DNA from: a virus
DNA length: 64,000 nt
Strand: one strand, 5' to 3'
IMG/VR virus record: IMGVR_UViG_3300027833_000016
The position numbers and the translations under genes are program-made. Positions 10,666 through 20,062 of this stretch are shown here, piece after piece; positions within the stretch are counted from its first letter, which is position 1; each line of letters begins with the position of its first letter. The notes beneath the pieces are model-generated. The model saw only the letters and a list, made by a program, of their open reading frames with translations, ran no database searches and was not told the origin of the DNA.

Positions 10666-10955
10666 TGGAAATTGATTTAGAAACAAACCAACAACAGATC
10701 GCAGACCTTATCGATCAGATACAGGCACAGAACTTTAATCAAGCAAAGGAACACTTCGATTCTTTACTGAATGATAAAATGTCCGATGCGGCAGAAGCAG
10801 AGAAGATTAATATTGCTGATACTATCTTTAACGGTGCCGAAGACGAGTCTCACGATGATGATAGCACAGTGGACGATGACCTAACGGATGACCCTGATGA
10901 GGTAGAGATCCTCGACCAAGAAGGGGAAGTTATCCCTGATGAAGACGAAGACTAA
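10665..10955 (+). CDS. acidic prohead core protein (gp67-like)
   Basis: position after gp20, acidic composition. Confidence 0.55.
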   Translation: MEIDLETNQQQIADLIDQIQAQNFNQAKEHFDSLLNDKMSDAAEAEKINIADTIFNGAEDESHDDDSTVDDDLTDDPDEVEILDQEGEVIPDEDED

Positions 10956-10982
10956 TTAGTTTCATCTTAAAGATCTTATTTG

Positions 10983-10990
10983 TATAAATA
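10983..10990 (+). promoter_or_regulatory. late promoter
   Basis: TATAAATA. Confidence 0.85.
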
Positions 10991-11015
10991 AATACATCTA
11001 ACACGGAAACTTAGT

Positions 11016-11207
11016 ATGAAAACATTTCAACAGATCAGAGAGGGTGCCAAAGTTGTCTTTAATAAGAAGATAGATAAGGTGCCAGTTAAGATCGTTAAAG
11101 AACCAAAAGGTTTCTGTGTGTATATAGACGGTGATAAACTTGACGTGTTCAAGTCACAAGCAGAGGCAGAGAAGACAGCGAAGACTGTCATAAAGGAACT
11201 TAAATGA
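11016..11207 (+). CDS. small basic head-module protein (gp68 position)
   Basis: MKTFQQIRE N-term; lies between gp20 and gp21. Confidence 0.55.
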   Translation: MKTFQQIREGAKVVFNKKIDKVPVKIVKEPKGFCVYIDGDKLDVFKSQAEAEKTAKTVIKELK

Positions 11208-11866
11208 AACTGATTAGTGAATTCACTGAAACAGGTCTGCAATGTATAACAGAGGCAAAGAAGGATGGTAGTGGTAAGAACTATATCATCGAAGGTGTCT
11301 TTGCACAGGCAGATCAAAAGAATAGAAACGGACGTATTTATCCGCGACCCATTATGGAGAACGCAGTAAACAAATACGTCACGGAACAAGTTAGCAAGAA
11401 GAGGGCAGTCGGTGAGTTGAATCACCCCGAAGGCCCAACTGTTAACTTGGACAAGGTTTCGCACCTCATCACAGATCTCCGTTTGGAAGGAAATGATGTG
11501 GTCGGAAAAGCACAAATATTGGATACTCCAATGGGTAAGATTGTTAAAGGTCTCCTTGAAGGTGGTGTACAACTAGGCGTGTCAACTCGTGGAATGGGAA
11601 GCATTGAGAACCGAAATGGTGTCGCATATGTTAAGGATGATTTTATCCTTGCAACTGTAGACATAGTACAAGACCCTTCAGCACCAGACGCATTTGTTAA
11701 TGGGATCATGGAAGGTGTAGACTGGGTTTGGAATAACGGCATTTTGGAACAAAGTGTAATTGAAGATATGGAGACTGAGATCAAGAACGCACCGAAAGCG
11801 TATAGCAGTGCTGTACAAATTCGAGAGTTTAAAAATTTCCTCTCGTTAATCAAATCTAATATGTAA
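11204..11866 (+). CDS. gp21: prohead protease gp21
   Basis: KNRNGRIYP, GELNHP, GVSTRGMGS, DIVQDPSAPDAFV. Confidence 0.97.
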   Translation: MKLISEFTETGLQCITEAKKDGSGKNYIIEGVFAQADQKNRNGRIYPRPIMENAVNKYVTEQVSKKRAVGELNHPEGPTVNLDKVSHLITDLRLEGNDVVGKAQILDTPMGKIVKGLLEGGVQLGVSTRGMGSIENRNGVAYVKDDFILATVDIVQDPSAPDAFVNGIMEGVDWVWNNGILEQSVIEDMETEIKNAPKAYSSAVQIREFKNFLSLIKSNM

Positions 11867-11876
11867 GGAGTCAATT

Positions 11877-12905
11877 ATGACTGAAGAAAGTAAAGTCGAA
11901 GTTGAACTTCACGATGATATTAACGAAATCGTGGAGGAAACTCTCGAAGAAAAAGCACCTACTGCTAAAGGCATTAGTACAGACGGTCAGGAAGTATCTG
12001 AACCAGAAAGTATTGCGTCTGTAGACAAGGCGGCTAACGCAACCACACAAGCGGCAGTCCCTAAGACTAAAGCAGGTATGGTTAATGCTATGTACCAGAA
12101 GATGAACAAGTTAGACAAGAAGAGTCTTCAGGCGGCATACGGTAAAATGATGGGCGAAGAAGTAGTAGTAGATCAAGAAGTTGTTGCTGAGACTAGCACG
12201 ACTGCTGAGTTAGATGCACTAGTCGAATCAGAGGCAACTCTGTCAGACGAGTTCAAGACTAAGACTCAAGCAATCTTTGAATCTGCTGTTAAGTCACAAC
12301 TCTCCGAAGAAGTTGCTCGGTTAGAAGAGCAATATAAAGGTGAACTTGCTGAAGAAGTACAGACTATTAAGTCTGATCTTGTTGAGAAAGTTGACTCATA
12401 CTTAAACTACGTTGTTGAGTCTTGGATGGAAGACAATAAAGTTGCTGTACAGAACGGTCTCCGTACTGAAATCGCAGAGAACTTTATGGAGAAAATGAAG
12501 GACTTGTTTGTTGAGTCTCACATTACTGTTCCAGAATCTAAGGTTGACCTAGTTGATGAACTCGCAAGTCAAGTTGAAGAACTTGAAGAGAAGTTAAATT
12601 CTCAGACTGGTGAGAGCATCAAACTGTCCGAAGAACTTGAAGTACTGAAGCGTGATCAAATCATTGCTGAAGCGGCACGAGGACTGGCAGACACCCAAGT
12701 TGAGAAGTTAAAAGGTCTTGCAGAGAAAGTAGAGTTTGATGCTGATTATGCATCAAAAGTTGCCAAACTGAAAGAGCAGTACTTCTCCAAAGAAATCACT
12801 GAAGAAATGATCACCGATGAGGAACCTGAAGCACTAGTTGAAGTTTCTGATTCTATGAGCAGGTATGTCGGTAAACTTCAACAAATGTCCAAGACTGCAT
12901 TTTAG
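11877..12905 (+). CDS. gp22: prohead scaffold protein gp22
   Basis: coiled-coil acidic; VDSYLNYVVESWMEDN, GLRTEIAENF. Confidence 0.93.
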   Translation: MTEESKVEVELHDDINEIVEETLEEKAPTAKGISTDGQEVSEPESIASVDKAANATTQAAVPKTKAGMVNAMYQKMNKLDKKSLQAAYGKMMGEEVVVDQEVVAETSTTAELDALVESEATLSDEFKTKTQAIFESAVKSQLSEEVARLEEQYKGELAEEVQTIKSDLVEKVDSYLNYVVESWMEDNKVAVQNGLRTEIAENFMEKMKDLFVESHITVPESKVDLVDELASQVEELEEKLNSQTGESIKLSEELEVLKRDQIIAEAARGLADTQVEKLKGLAEKVEFDADYASKVAKLKEQYFSKEITEEMITDEEPEALVEVSDSMSRYVGKLQQMSKTAF

Positions 12906-12945
12906 TAGTCAGACTATAATAAATCTTATTTAAGGAAACAAAGAT

Positions 12946-14298
12946 ATGAACTCATATGATACTCTCGTTGAAAAATGGGCACCGGTACTGAACGAAAATA
13001 GTTCTGGTGAAATTAAAGACGCACATCGTCGAAGCGTAACTGCCGCTATCTTGGAAAACCAAGAGATCGCAATGAACGCTGAACGCGCACAATCACAAGG
13101 TTTCGGTGGATTGAACGAAGCCGCTCCCGGTAACTCTACAACATCTGCAAGCAACTGGGATCCAGTTTTGATCTCTCTTGTTCGTCGTGCTATGCCTAAT
13201 CTTATGGCATATGACGTTTGTGGTGTACAACCAATGTCTGGCCCAACTGGTCTCATCTTCGCGATGAAGGCACGTTATGGCGCAGGTGCAACTGGATCTC
13301 GTGAAGCATTGTTCAACGAAGCAGAGACTCAATTCTCTGGTGATCGTTCTACTAGTCACGATTCAGACAACGCTTCTGGTTTCAGTGGTATTTCTGATGA
13401 CTCGGTAACTGGTACTCGTACTGTCGATAGTTCTGTAGATGATTCTCGTCTAACTAGCACTTTCGGTTCTGGTATGACTACTGCCGCGGCTGAAGCACTG
13501 GGTGACGGTGTTGGCGCACCATTCGCTGAGATGGGATTCACCATCGAAAAAGCAACTGTGACTGCTAAGTCTCGTGCATTGAAAGCAGAATACTCGCTTG
13601 AACTTGCTCAAGATCTTAAAGCAATCCACGGTTTGGACGCTGAAACTGAACTTGCTAACATTCTTAGCACAGAGATCCTTGCGGAAATTAACCGTGAAGT
13701 TATCCGTACTATCAACAGTCAAGCAAAAACTGGTGCTTTACAATCTAACGTTGCTACTCGTGGTATCTTCAATCTCAGCACTGATGCTGATGGTCGTTGG
13801 TCTGCTGAGAAGTTCAAAGGTTTAGTTGTACAGATTGATCGTGAATGTAACGTGATCGCTAAAGAAACTCGTCGTGGTAAAGGTAACGTAGTAATCTGTT
13901 CTTCAGATGTTGCTACTGCTCTTTCTGCTTCTGGTATGCTTGATTACAGTCCCGGTCTTGCTACTTCTTTGCAAGTAGATGATACTGGTAACACCTTTGC
14001 AGGTACTTTGAATGGTCGCATTAAAGTCTACATCGATCCATACGCCACTGCTGATTATATCACAGTTGGTTATAAAGGAACTAACGCTTATGACGCAGGT
14101 GTATTCTACTGCCCATATGTGCCTTTACAAATGGTTAAAGCAGTTGGCGAAGATAACTTCCAACCGAAGATCGGTTTCAAGACTCGTTACGGAATGGCAT
14201 CTAACCCATATGTAGGAACTACTCCTGCTGATGGACTTGCTACTGTTAAGACTAACTCCTACTACAGAATCTTCCGCGTAGACAACATCCTCGCGTAG
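12946..14298 (+). CDS. gp23: major capsid protein gp23
   Basis: LVRRAMPNLMAYDVCGVQPMSGPTGLIFA, KSRALKAEYSLELAQDLKAIHGLDAE, FQPKIGFKTRYG. Confidence 0.99.
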   Translation: MNSYDTLVEKWAPVLNENSSGEIKDAHRRSVTAAILENQEIAMNAERAQSQGFGGLNEAAPGNSTTSASNWDPVLISLVRRAMPNLMAYDVCGVQPMSGPTGLIFAMKARYGAGATGSREALFNEAETQFSGDRSTSHDSDNASGFSGISDDSVTGTRTVDSSVDDSRLTSTFGSGMTTAAAEALGDGVGAPFAEMGFTIEKATVTAKSRALKAEYSLELAQDLKAIHGLDAETELANILSTEILAEINREVIRTINSQAKTGALQSNVATRGIFNLSTDADGRWSAEKFKGLVVQIDRECNVIAKETRRGKGNVVICSSDVATALSASGMLDYSPGLATSLQVDDTGNTFAGTLNGRIKVYIDPYATADYITVGYKGTNAYDAGVFYCPYVPLQMVKAVGEDNFQPKIGFKTRYGMASNPYVGTTPADGLATVKTNSYYRIFRVDNILA

Positions 14299-14358
14299 TG
14301 GTAGTATAAAAATAAGAGTAGGATCCTCACGGGAAGTGAGACAACCTACCTTCTTTAT

Positions 14359-14383
14359 GGGACTCTTCGGAGTCCCTTTTTTT
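14359..14383 (+). terminator. rho-independent terminator after gp23
   Basis: gggactc-TTCG-gagtccc followed by 7 T. Confidence 0.92.
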
Positions 14384-14388
14384 ATGCG

Positions 14389-14396
14389 TATAAATA
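14389..14396 (+). promoter_or_regulatory. late promoter
   Basis: TATAAATA right after terminator. Confidence 0.85.
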
Positions 14397-14412
14397 CAGA
14401 CAAGGATTAAGT

Positions 14413-14470
14413 TCTGCGTATCAAGTGGTACGCACCGCAGTTGTGGAAAGGAAACCACAGTCGGAAGTAC
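14413..14470 (+). ncRNA. structured 5' leader, candidate cis-regulatory RNA
   Basis: hairpins tgcgta/tacgca and tgtgg/ccaca between late promoter and lipoprotein RBS. Confidence 0.4.
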
Positions 14471-14486
14471 AAGATAGGAGATTACT

Positions 14487-14696
14487 ATGCGTATTATTGC
14501 AATTGCGTTCGCATTGGTTCTGTCTGCTTGTTCAACTGTCGATGCAACTATCGATGGTACTGGTGGTGTTATTAAAGGTGTCGGTTCCGATGTCTTTGGT
14601 GTAACTGCCGGTGTATTGGACGTAACATCTAACTTGATTAAAGATGTTGCTACCAAGACTGGCACAGATGCAACTGCACCAACCGAAGAAGAATAG
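14487..14696 (+). CDS. small lipoprotein
   Basis: lipobox LSAC after hydrophobic stretch; AGGAG RBS. Confidence 0.75.
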   Translation: MRIIAIAFALVLSACSTVDATIDGTGGVIKGVGSDVFGVTAGVLDVTSNLIKDVATKTGTDATAPTEEE

Positions 14697-14729
14697 GAGT
14701 GCGCTGGCCAAGGATGGCACTATTACTTG

Positions 14730-14737
14730 TATAAATA
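14730..14737 (+). promoter_or_regulatory. late promoter for gp3
   Basis: TATAAATA. Confidence 0.85.
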
Positions 14738-14761
14738 GAACTATACAACACAGAGGTCAAC

Positions 14762-15253
14762 ATGGCATTAACAGAGAATAAAAACTACCTACAACCCACA
14801 GGGTTTAGGTTAATCATAGCAGGTGAAGAGTACAAGAACCTAGAGTACTTTATACAGTCTGTTATCCATCCCGGTTCTAGCGTTACTCCATTGGAGATGC
14901 CAGTTGCGCGAATCACGTCTGTCCCTTTGGCAGGTGATAAGATCCAGTATGGTGAGTTACAAGTAGAAGTAATATGCGATGAAGACATGACTGCATACAA
15001 AGAGATGCAGGGTTGGTTGGAACGTATTGTTACGGACGGACAGGTTGATGGTAATGAAGGTGGGAAGGTTAATACCTATTCTGATATTACTCTTGTTATA
15101 CTAACAAGTCACAACAATAAGAACGTGACCTTTAAGTACAATGATTGCTTGCCTACTAACGTGGGGCAGATCTCAATGAACTCTAATGTCGCAGACGTAG
15201 TTTATCCTACATTCAATGTATCATTCAGGTTCAGTTCTTTCGAGTTAAAGTAA
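14762..15253 (+). CDS. gp3: tail completion / tube terminator gp3
   Basis: NYLQPTGF, GDKIQYGEL...DEDMTAYKEMQGW, DITLVILTS; usual position after gp23 in marine T4-likes. Confidence 0.85.
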   Translation: MALTENKNYLQPTGFRLIIAGEEYKNLEYFIQSVIHPGSSVTPLEMPVARITSVPLAGDKIQYGELQVEVICDEDMTAYKEMQGWLERIVTDGQVDGNEGGKVNTYSDITLVILTSHNNKNVTFKYNDCLPTNVGQISMNSNVADVVYPTFNVSFRFSSFELK

Positions 15254-15877
15254 ATGCAGAAAGTCTATATTATGAATGAGAGGTTACTCTCTATCCTTGA
15301 TAGATGGGTACTGTTCGTTGACAAGTATGATGTTATGTCTAACAACACAATGTTAGATGGTAAAGACAGAGATCACTATGTTAGCAATGAGTACTTGGAA
15401 TCAATACAAGCAGATCATATAGGTCATCCTGAGACCGCAAGATCATATTGTATCAAACCTCCTCACTACAAGGGGGTTGACAAGAACTACCAACTAGAGT
15501 ATAATATACTCGACTCAGAGATGAGAACAGAGTTGGGTGTCAGACAATCAGCACTATCACAGTTGTACCCCGAAGATGGATTCATTGCTTGGCATTCTAA
15601 TGCCGATGCATCATCATTCAATCTTATATTCACATGGAGTGAGAAGGGAGACGGTTACTTCAAGTACGTTGATCCTATCACAAAGAACCATACATGGATG
15701 GTAGACAAGAAGGGTTGGCAGTGCAAGGCAGGTTACTTTGGTTCTAACGATGAACCAGATAAGGTAATGTACCATTGTGCCGCAACCAACTGTAAGAGAA
15801 TCACATTGAGTTACACGTTAGGTTTCGATGAGTCCTATTGGAAGGACGCTATTGAACATATAAATACAAAGGTATGA
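15254..15877 (+). CDS. putative 2OG-Fe(II)/cupin-fold oxygenase (paralog of 43837 ORF)
   Basis: YPEDGFIAWHSNAD...FTWS..GDGYF...YHCA...RITLSY. Confidence 0.55.
   Translation: MQKVYIMNERLLSILDRWVLFVDKYDVMSNNTMLDGKDRDHYVSNEYLESIQADHIGHPETARSYCIKPPHYKGVDKNYQLEYNILDSEMRTELGVRQSALSQLYPEDGFIAWHSNADASSFNLIFTWSEKGDGYFKYVDPITKNHTWMVDKKGWQCKAGYFGSNDEPDKVMYHCAATNCKRITLSYTLGFDESYWKDAIEHINTKV
15859..15866 (+). promoter_or_regulatory. late promoter upstream of uvsY
   Basis: TATAAATA at 3' end of upstream ORF. Confidence 0.65.
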
Positions 15878-15969
15878 TAGAGTATCATGGGGCGTGATGC
15901 TTAATATAGACCACCCACTAAAGTCGGTTATAGTCTATCATACGCTATTATAATTAGAGAGAGAATATT

Positions 15970-16419
15970 ATGTTGTTAGACCTTGAAAGTATTATGGAAG
16001 AGTGGAAGAAGGATGCAGAGATCCCTACACACAAATTAGATGATACATCTAGACAGACCCCATCCTTACACGCAAAGTATTTGCAGTACCTATCCTTGAC
16101 TAAGTTGCAGTTGAAACGCACAGAGCATTCACAGGCAATCTTGTTGAAGGACAAGTGGGCGTATTACAATGGCAAGATGTCTCGCGAAGAGATAGAAGCA
16201 ACTGGATGGAACCCAGATCCGTTTAACGGACTGAAGATCCTGAAGGGCGAGTTAGAATACTATTACAATGCTGATCCAGAACTTCAAAGAAGCGAAGAGA
16301 AGATCGCATACCTTAACACTATTATAAGTACACTTACAGAGATTGTTGATAGTTTGAAGTGGAGACACCAAACGATTGGCAATATTATTAAGTGGCGAGC
16401 ATTTGAAGCAGGTGGTTAA
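15970..16419 (+). CDS. uvsY: recombination mediator UvsY
   Basis: LHAKYL, YYNGK, IGNIIKWRAF; adjacent to uvsW. Confidence 0.9.
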   Translation: MLLDLESIMEEWKKDAEIPTHKLDDTSRQTPSLHAKYLQYLSLTKLQLKRTEHSQAILLKDKWAYYNGKMSREEIEATGWNPDPFNGLKILKGELEYYYNADPELQRSEEKIAYLNTIISTLTEIVDSLKWRHQTIGNIIKWRAFEAGG

Positions 16420-17921
16420 TGGAAGATAATACTATACGCGTAGGTATGATGTCACACTCATACATAGCGATAGATGCTAATGCGGCACAGGATCAGGAAC
16501 TCCGTGAGTTCTTTGCATTCTTTGCTCCCGGTTACCAGTATATGCCAGCCTATAAAAGGAAGGTGTGGGATGGTCGGGTGAAGTTGTACAACCAAGTGAC
16601 CAAGCAAATGAACGTTGGTCTCTATCATCACTTACGAAAGTTCTGTGCTGATCGGTTCTATCCCTTACAGATCATTGAGCATGAAGAGTATGGTATTCCG
16701 TCTGCCAAGGATGAGGTTGATCATCCGTCACTGATTAAGACTATGAGTTCATGGCAGATGCCGTTCGAAGCATATGATTATCAGTACAAAGCAATCAGTC
16801 ATGGTATTGAAAACAAGAGGTGTTTGCTACTCTCTCCAACTGGGTCAGGGAAGAGTTTCATTATATACAATTTGATGCGGTTTGTCAAGGAAAATAAAGA
16901 TGTATCTAAAACTTTAATCATTGTGCCTACCACAAGTCTGGTAGAGCAGATGTACAAAGACTTTGCCGACTATGGGTATGACGTGGATGAGAACGTCCAT
17001 ATGATCTACTCAGGTAAAGATAAGGTGACGGACAAACCTGTCATCATATCTACATGGCAGTCGATCTATAAGTTTGGTGTGGAATGGTTTGAGCAGTTCG
17101 ATGCAGTGTTTGGTGATGAGGTACACCTGTTTAAGGCAAAGTCTCTATCTACTATGATGGACAAGTGTATCAATGCAAGGTATAGATTCGGTACTACAGG
17201 AACGTTGGATGGTACTGAGACGAACAAACTTGTGCTAGAAGGTTTATTCGGGCCAGTGTTTACGGTGACTAGCACCGCACAATTGCAGAAAGATAAACAA
17301 CTAGCAGACCTTGACATCTCTATTCTGCTGTTGCGTTACCACAATGACAAGTGTCATTGGATGAAGGACAAGACCTATCAGGAGGAGATAGACTTCATTG
17401 TTACTAACAAAGCACGGAACAACTTCATTACTAAGTTGACAGTAGACCAGACAGGTAATACCTTGGTCATGTTCCAGTTCGTAGAGAAGCACGGCAAGAT
17501 ACTATTTGAACTTATCAAGGATGCAGTATCCGATGACCGTAAGGTGTTCTATGTGTCTGGTGAGGTTGGCGCACAAGATCGCGAGAAGATCCGTGGTATA
17601 GTAGAGGGAGAAGACAATGCTATTATCGTTGCCTCTCTAGGTACCTTTAGTACAGGTATAAATATAAAGAACCTGCACAACATTGTATTTGCTACACCCA
17701 GTAAGTCTCAGGTTAAAGTATTACAGAGTATTGGACGAGGACTAAGGAAGTCAGACAATGGTGTTGCAACTAAGTTGTTTGATATTGCTGATGACTTCCA
17801 TGTAGATAAACATAAGAACTTTACTCTACGTCACAGTGCCGAAAGGATTAAGATATACACGAAGGAAGGATTTAAGTACAGTATTTACCCTATTAACTTA
17901 AAGGAGCAAACCGATGACTGA
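16419..17921 (+). CDS. uvsW: SF2 helicase UvsW
   Basis: SPTGSGKS, DEVH, GTTGT, QSIGRGLR. Confidence 0.96.
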   Translation: MEDNTIRVGMMSHSYIAIDANAAQDQELREFFAFFAPGYQYMPAYKRKVWDGRVKLYNQVTKQMNVGLYHHLRKFCADRFYPLQIIEHEEYGIPSAKDEVDHPSLIKTMSSWQMPFEAYDYQYKAISHGIENKRCLLLSPTGSGKSFIIYNLMRFVKENKDVSKTLIIVPTTSLVEQMYKDFADYGYDVDENVHMIYSGKDKVTDKPVIISTWQSIYKFGVEWFEQFDAVFGDEVHLFKAKSLSTMMDKCINARYRFGTTGTLDGTETNKLVLEGLFGPVFTVTSTAQLQKDKQLADLDISILLLRYHNDKCHWMKDKTYQEEIDFIVTNKARNNFITKLTVDQTGNTLVMFQFVEKHGKILFELIKDAVSDDRKVFYVSGEVGAQDREKIRGIVEGEDNAIIVASLGTFSTGINIKNLHNIVFATPSKSQVKVLQSIGRGLRKSDNGVATKLFDIADDFHVDKHKNFTLRHSAERIKIYTKEGFKYSIYPINLKEQTDD

Positions 17922-18291
17922 TAATATAAAGCAACTGAAGTTGGTTACTGGTGAAGAGATAATCTGTGAAATCATTGAAGAGGATGATCAAGATCTAATC
18001 ATAAGAAATCCACTTGCCTTTGAATATAAAGTTACACCCGAAGGAGATCGAATGTGGTCGTATCGTCTGTTCATGTGTTACCAAGACGATCCTGATAAAT
18101 TGATTCTAATTAAGATCGATAAGATTGTGGCAATTGCTAACCCAGTCCCATCGATAGTGAATCAATATATAAAGGGTGTAGAATCAATTATGGATTATAA
18201 TGGTGATGACTATGATGAAGAAGAAGATCTTGAATACGATAGTGATGAAACATCAAAAGACAACGTTCTTCTGTTCCCAACCATCCACTAA
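17914..18291 (+). CDS. conserved T4-like hypothetical protein (Sm-like fold possible)
   Basis: LKLVTGEEIICEI...IIRNPL pattern. Confidence 0.65.
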   Translation: MTDNIKQLKLVTGEEIICEIIEEDDQDLIIRNPLAFEYKVTPEGDRMWSYRLFMCYQDDPDKLILIKIDKIVAIANPVPSIVNQYIKGVESIMDYNGDDYDEEEDLEYDSDETSKDNVLLFPTIH

Positions 18292-18326
18292 ACATAGTGT
18301 ATTGGCTGTGGGCAGACGACTGTCTT

Positions 18327-18355
18327 ATTATAGCACAGGAATGACCTCCTGTCAA
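18327..18355 (-). promoter_or_regulatory. antisense sigma70 promoter
   Basis: minus strand TTGACA-17bp-TATAAT, perfect consensus. Confidence 0.8.
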
Positions 18356-18366
18356 GGAATATATTA

Positions 18367-18822
18367 ATGAAAACCGGAATAACTGCAAGTACCTTTGATC
18401 TGCTCCATTCAGGGCATATTGCGATGCTAAGAGAAGCAAAGTCTCAGTGTGACTATCTTATATGTGCCCTTCAGGTTGATCCATCTAGAGATCGATCCGA
18501 GAAGAATGCTCCTATCCAATCCCTAGTCGAGAGACAAGCACAACTATCTGCTGTCAAGTATGTTGATGAGATTATGGTGTACGAGTCTGAAGCAGACCTA
18601 GAAGACCTACTCGCCATGTGCCAGATTGATATTAAGATCATGGGTGAAGAGTATCGTGACATTGACTTCACTGGTAAGGACATATGTAAGAAGAGAGGTA
18701 TAGAGTTATACTTCAACAAGAGAGATCATAGATTCTCTTCGTCTGAACTACGACATAGGATATGTCACGAGGCATTATCAAAGGAAGAAGAAGTTTACCT
18801 TGACAAAAGACTGTCACTATAG
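18367..18822 (+). CDS. cytidylyltransferase (glycerol-3-phosphate cytidylyltransferase/TagD-like)
   Basis: STFDLLHSGHIAML (HxGH), QSLVERQ, RDHRFSSSELR. Confidence 0.88.
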   Translation: MKTGITASTFDLLHSGHIAMLREAKSQCDYLICALQVDPSRDRSEKNAPIQSLVERQAQLSAVKYVDEIMVYESEADLEDLLAMCQIDIKIMGEEYRDIDFTGKDICKKRGIELYFNKRDHRFSSSELRHRICHEALSKEEEVYLDKRLSL

Positions 18823-18828
18823 TATAAT
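18800..18828 (+). promoter_or_regulatory. sigma70 promoter for gp55
   Basis: TTGACA-17-TATAAT. Confidence 0.85.
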
Positions 18829-18856
18829 AGTTATTAAACAAATGGAACTATAAATA

Positions 18857-19450
18857 ATGAAACCTAAAGACAAACCACATTACGTTAACAATAGAGACTT
18901 CAGCAATGCGGTGTTTGAGTATTGCAAAGATGCTATGCGTTGTAAGGAAGAGGGTATCACTAAACCTATAGTTACTACCTACATTGCTACTTGCTTCCTT
19001 CGAATTGCCGAGGGACTATCTCACAAGTCTAACTTCGTTCGCTATACCTATCGTGAAGAGATGGTGATGGATGCTGTGGAGAACTGCCTCAAGGCAATTG
19101 AGAACTATGACATTGAGACGGCAACCAGATCAAAGAACCCTAATGCATTCTCCTACTTCACTACTATCTCGTGGTATGCGTTCCTAAGACGTATCCAGAA
19201 AGAGAAGAAGCAACAAGACATTAAGATGAAGTATATGTCCGAAGCAGATGTTGGTCAGTTCGTTGTGGGACAAGACTATGATGGGAATACTCAAGATCAA
19301 CGAGTCATTGAGTCTTTGCGTATGCGTATTGATACAGTTAAGGATGCAGACACTCAGTTCAAAGAGTATATGAAAGCAGAGAAGAAGCAACGTAAGAGAC
19401 GTGCAGTCAATGTTGACTCCGACCTATCAGACTTCTTAGTTGACGATTAA
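18857..19450 (+). CDS. gp55: late transcription sigma factor gp55
   Basis: HYVNN, NFVRYTYREEMVMDAVENC, NPNAFSYFT, AFLRRIQKEKKQ. Confidence 0.96.
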   Translation: MKPKDKPHYVNNRDFSNAVFEYCKDAMRCKEEGITKPIVTTYIATCFLRIAEGLSHKSNFVRYTYREEMVMDAVENCLKAIENYDIETATRSKNPNAFSYFTTISWYAFLRRIQKEKKQQDIKMKYMSEADVGQFVVGQDYDGNTQDQRVIESLRMRIDTVKDADTQFKEYMKAEKKQRKRRAVNVDSDLSDFLVDD

Positions 19451-20013
19451 TGTATAAGCATTTAGATGATGATCGTTATCTAGATATTACTGTCCCTAAG
19501 TACGAGATGAGTTTACTTAGGGAAGAGATCTTTGGTGACCAGATACACGAAGACTTCCGACACAAACTTGCAGGTAACCAGTCAGAAGGTAAACTATTGA
19601 GTTGGTATTGCCATGAACAGTTAGGTGATTACTTGTGTCCTATTGCCAAAGAATTCAAAGGTTTTGAGTATCAACTAGAATCTATGTGGTTCAATGTTTC
19701 GTATGCAGGTGACTTCAACCCTCCCCACGCGCACGGAGGTGATCTATCATTCGTCATATTTGTAGAGATTCCATATACTATGATAGATCAAATCGACAAG
19801 TATAACGCCAATGGTAGCAATCTTGCGGCACACTTCTCGTTCTATTACAACAATATATTTGGTAATCAATGCGACCTACCTCTACCAGTAGACGTGACAT
19901 ACGAGAATACTATGTTCATGTTCCCTGCTAAACTTCGACATGGAGTGTACCCCTTCCACGGCACAGAATCTCCCAGAGTTACAGTATCAGGAAACTTAGT
20001 AAAAAAGACTTGA
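19450..20013 (+). CDS. 2OG-Fe(II) oxygenase
   Basis: WFNVSYAGDFNPPHAH..LSFVIF, MFPAKLRHGVYPF, RVTVSGN. Confidence 0.8.
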   Translation: MYKHLDDDRYLDITVPKYEMSLLREEIFGDQIHEDFRHKLAGNQSEGKLLSWYCHEQLGDYLCPIAKEFKGFEYQLESMWFNVSYAGDFNPPHAHGGDLSFVIFVEIPYTMIDQIDKYNANGSNLAAHFSFYYNNIFGNQCDLPLPVDVTYENTMFMFPAKLRHGVYPFHGTESPRVTVSGNLVKKT

Positions 20014-20038
20014 CACCCCCTCTATAACCTGTTATACT
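20010..20038 (+). promoter_or_regulatory. sigma70 promoter for gp47
   Basis: TTGACA-17-TATACT. Confidence 0.8.
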
Positions 20039-20062
20039 GTACACTGATAACTGGAACTATAT

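Noticed and set aside
18849-18856. TATAAATA directly before gp55 as an autoregulatory late promoter
   Set aside because: It abuts the ATG, so a transcript would start inside the coding sequence; a good sigma70 promoter lies just upstream.
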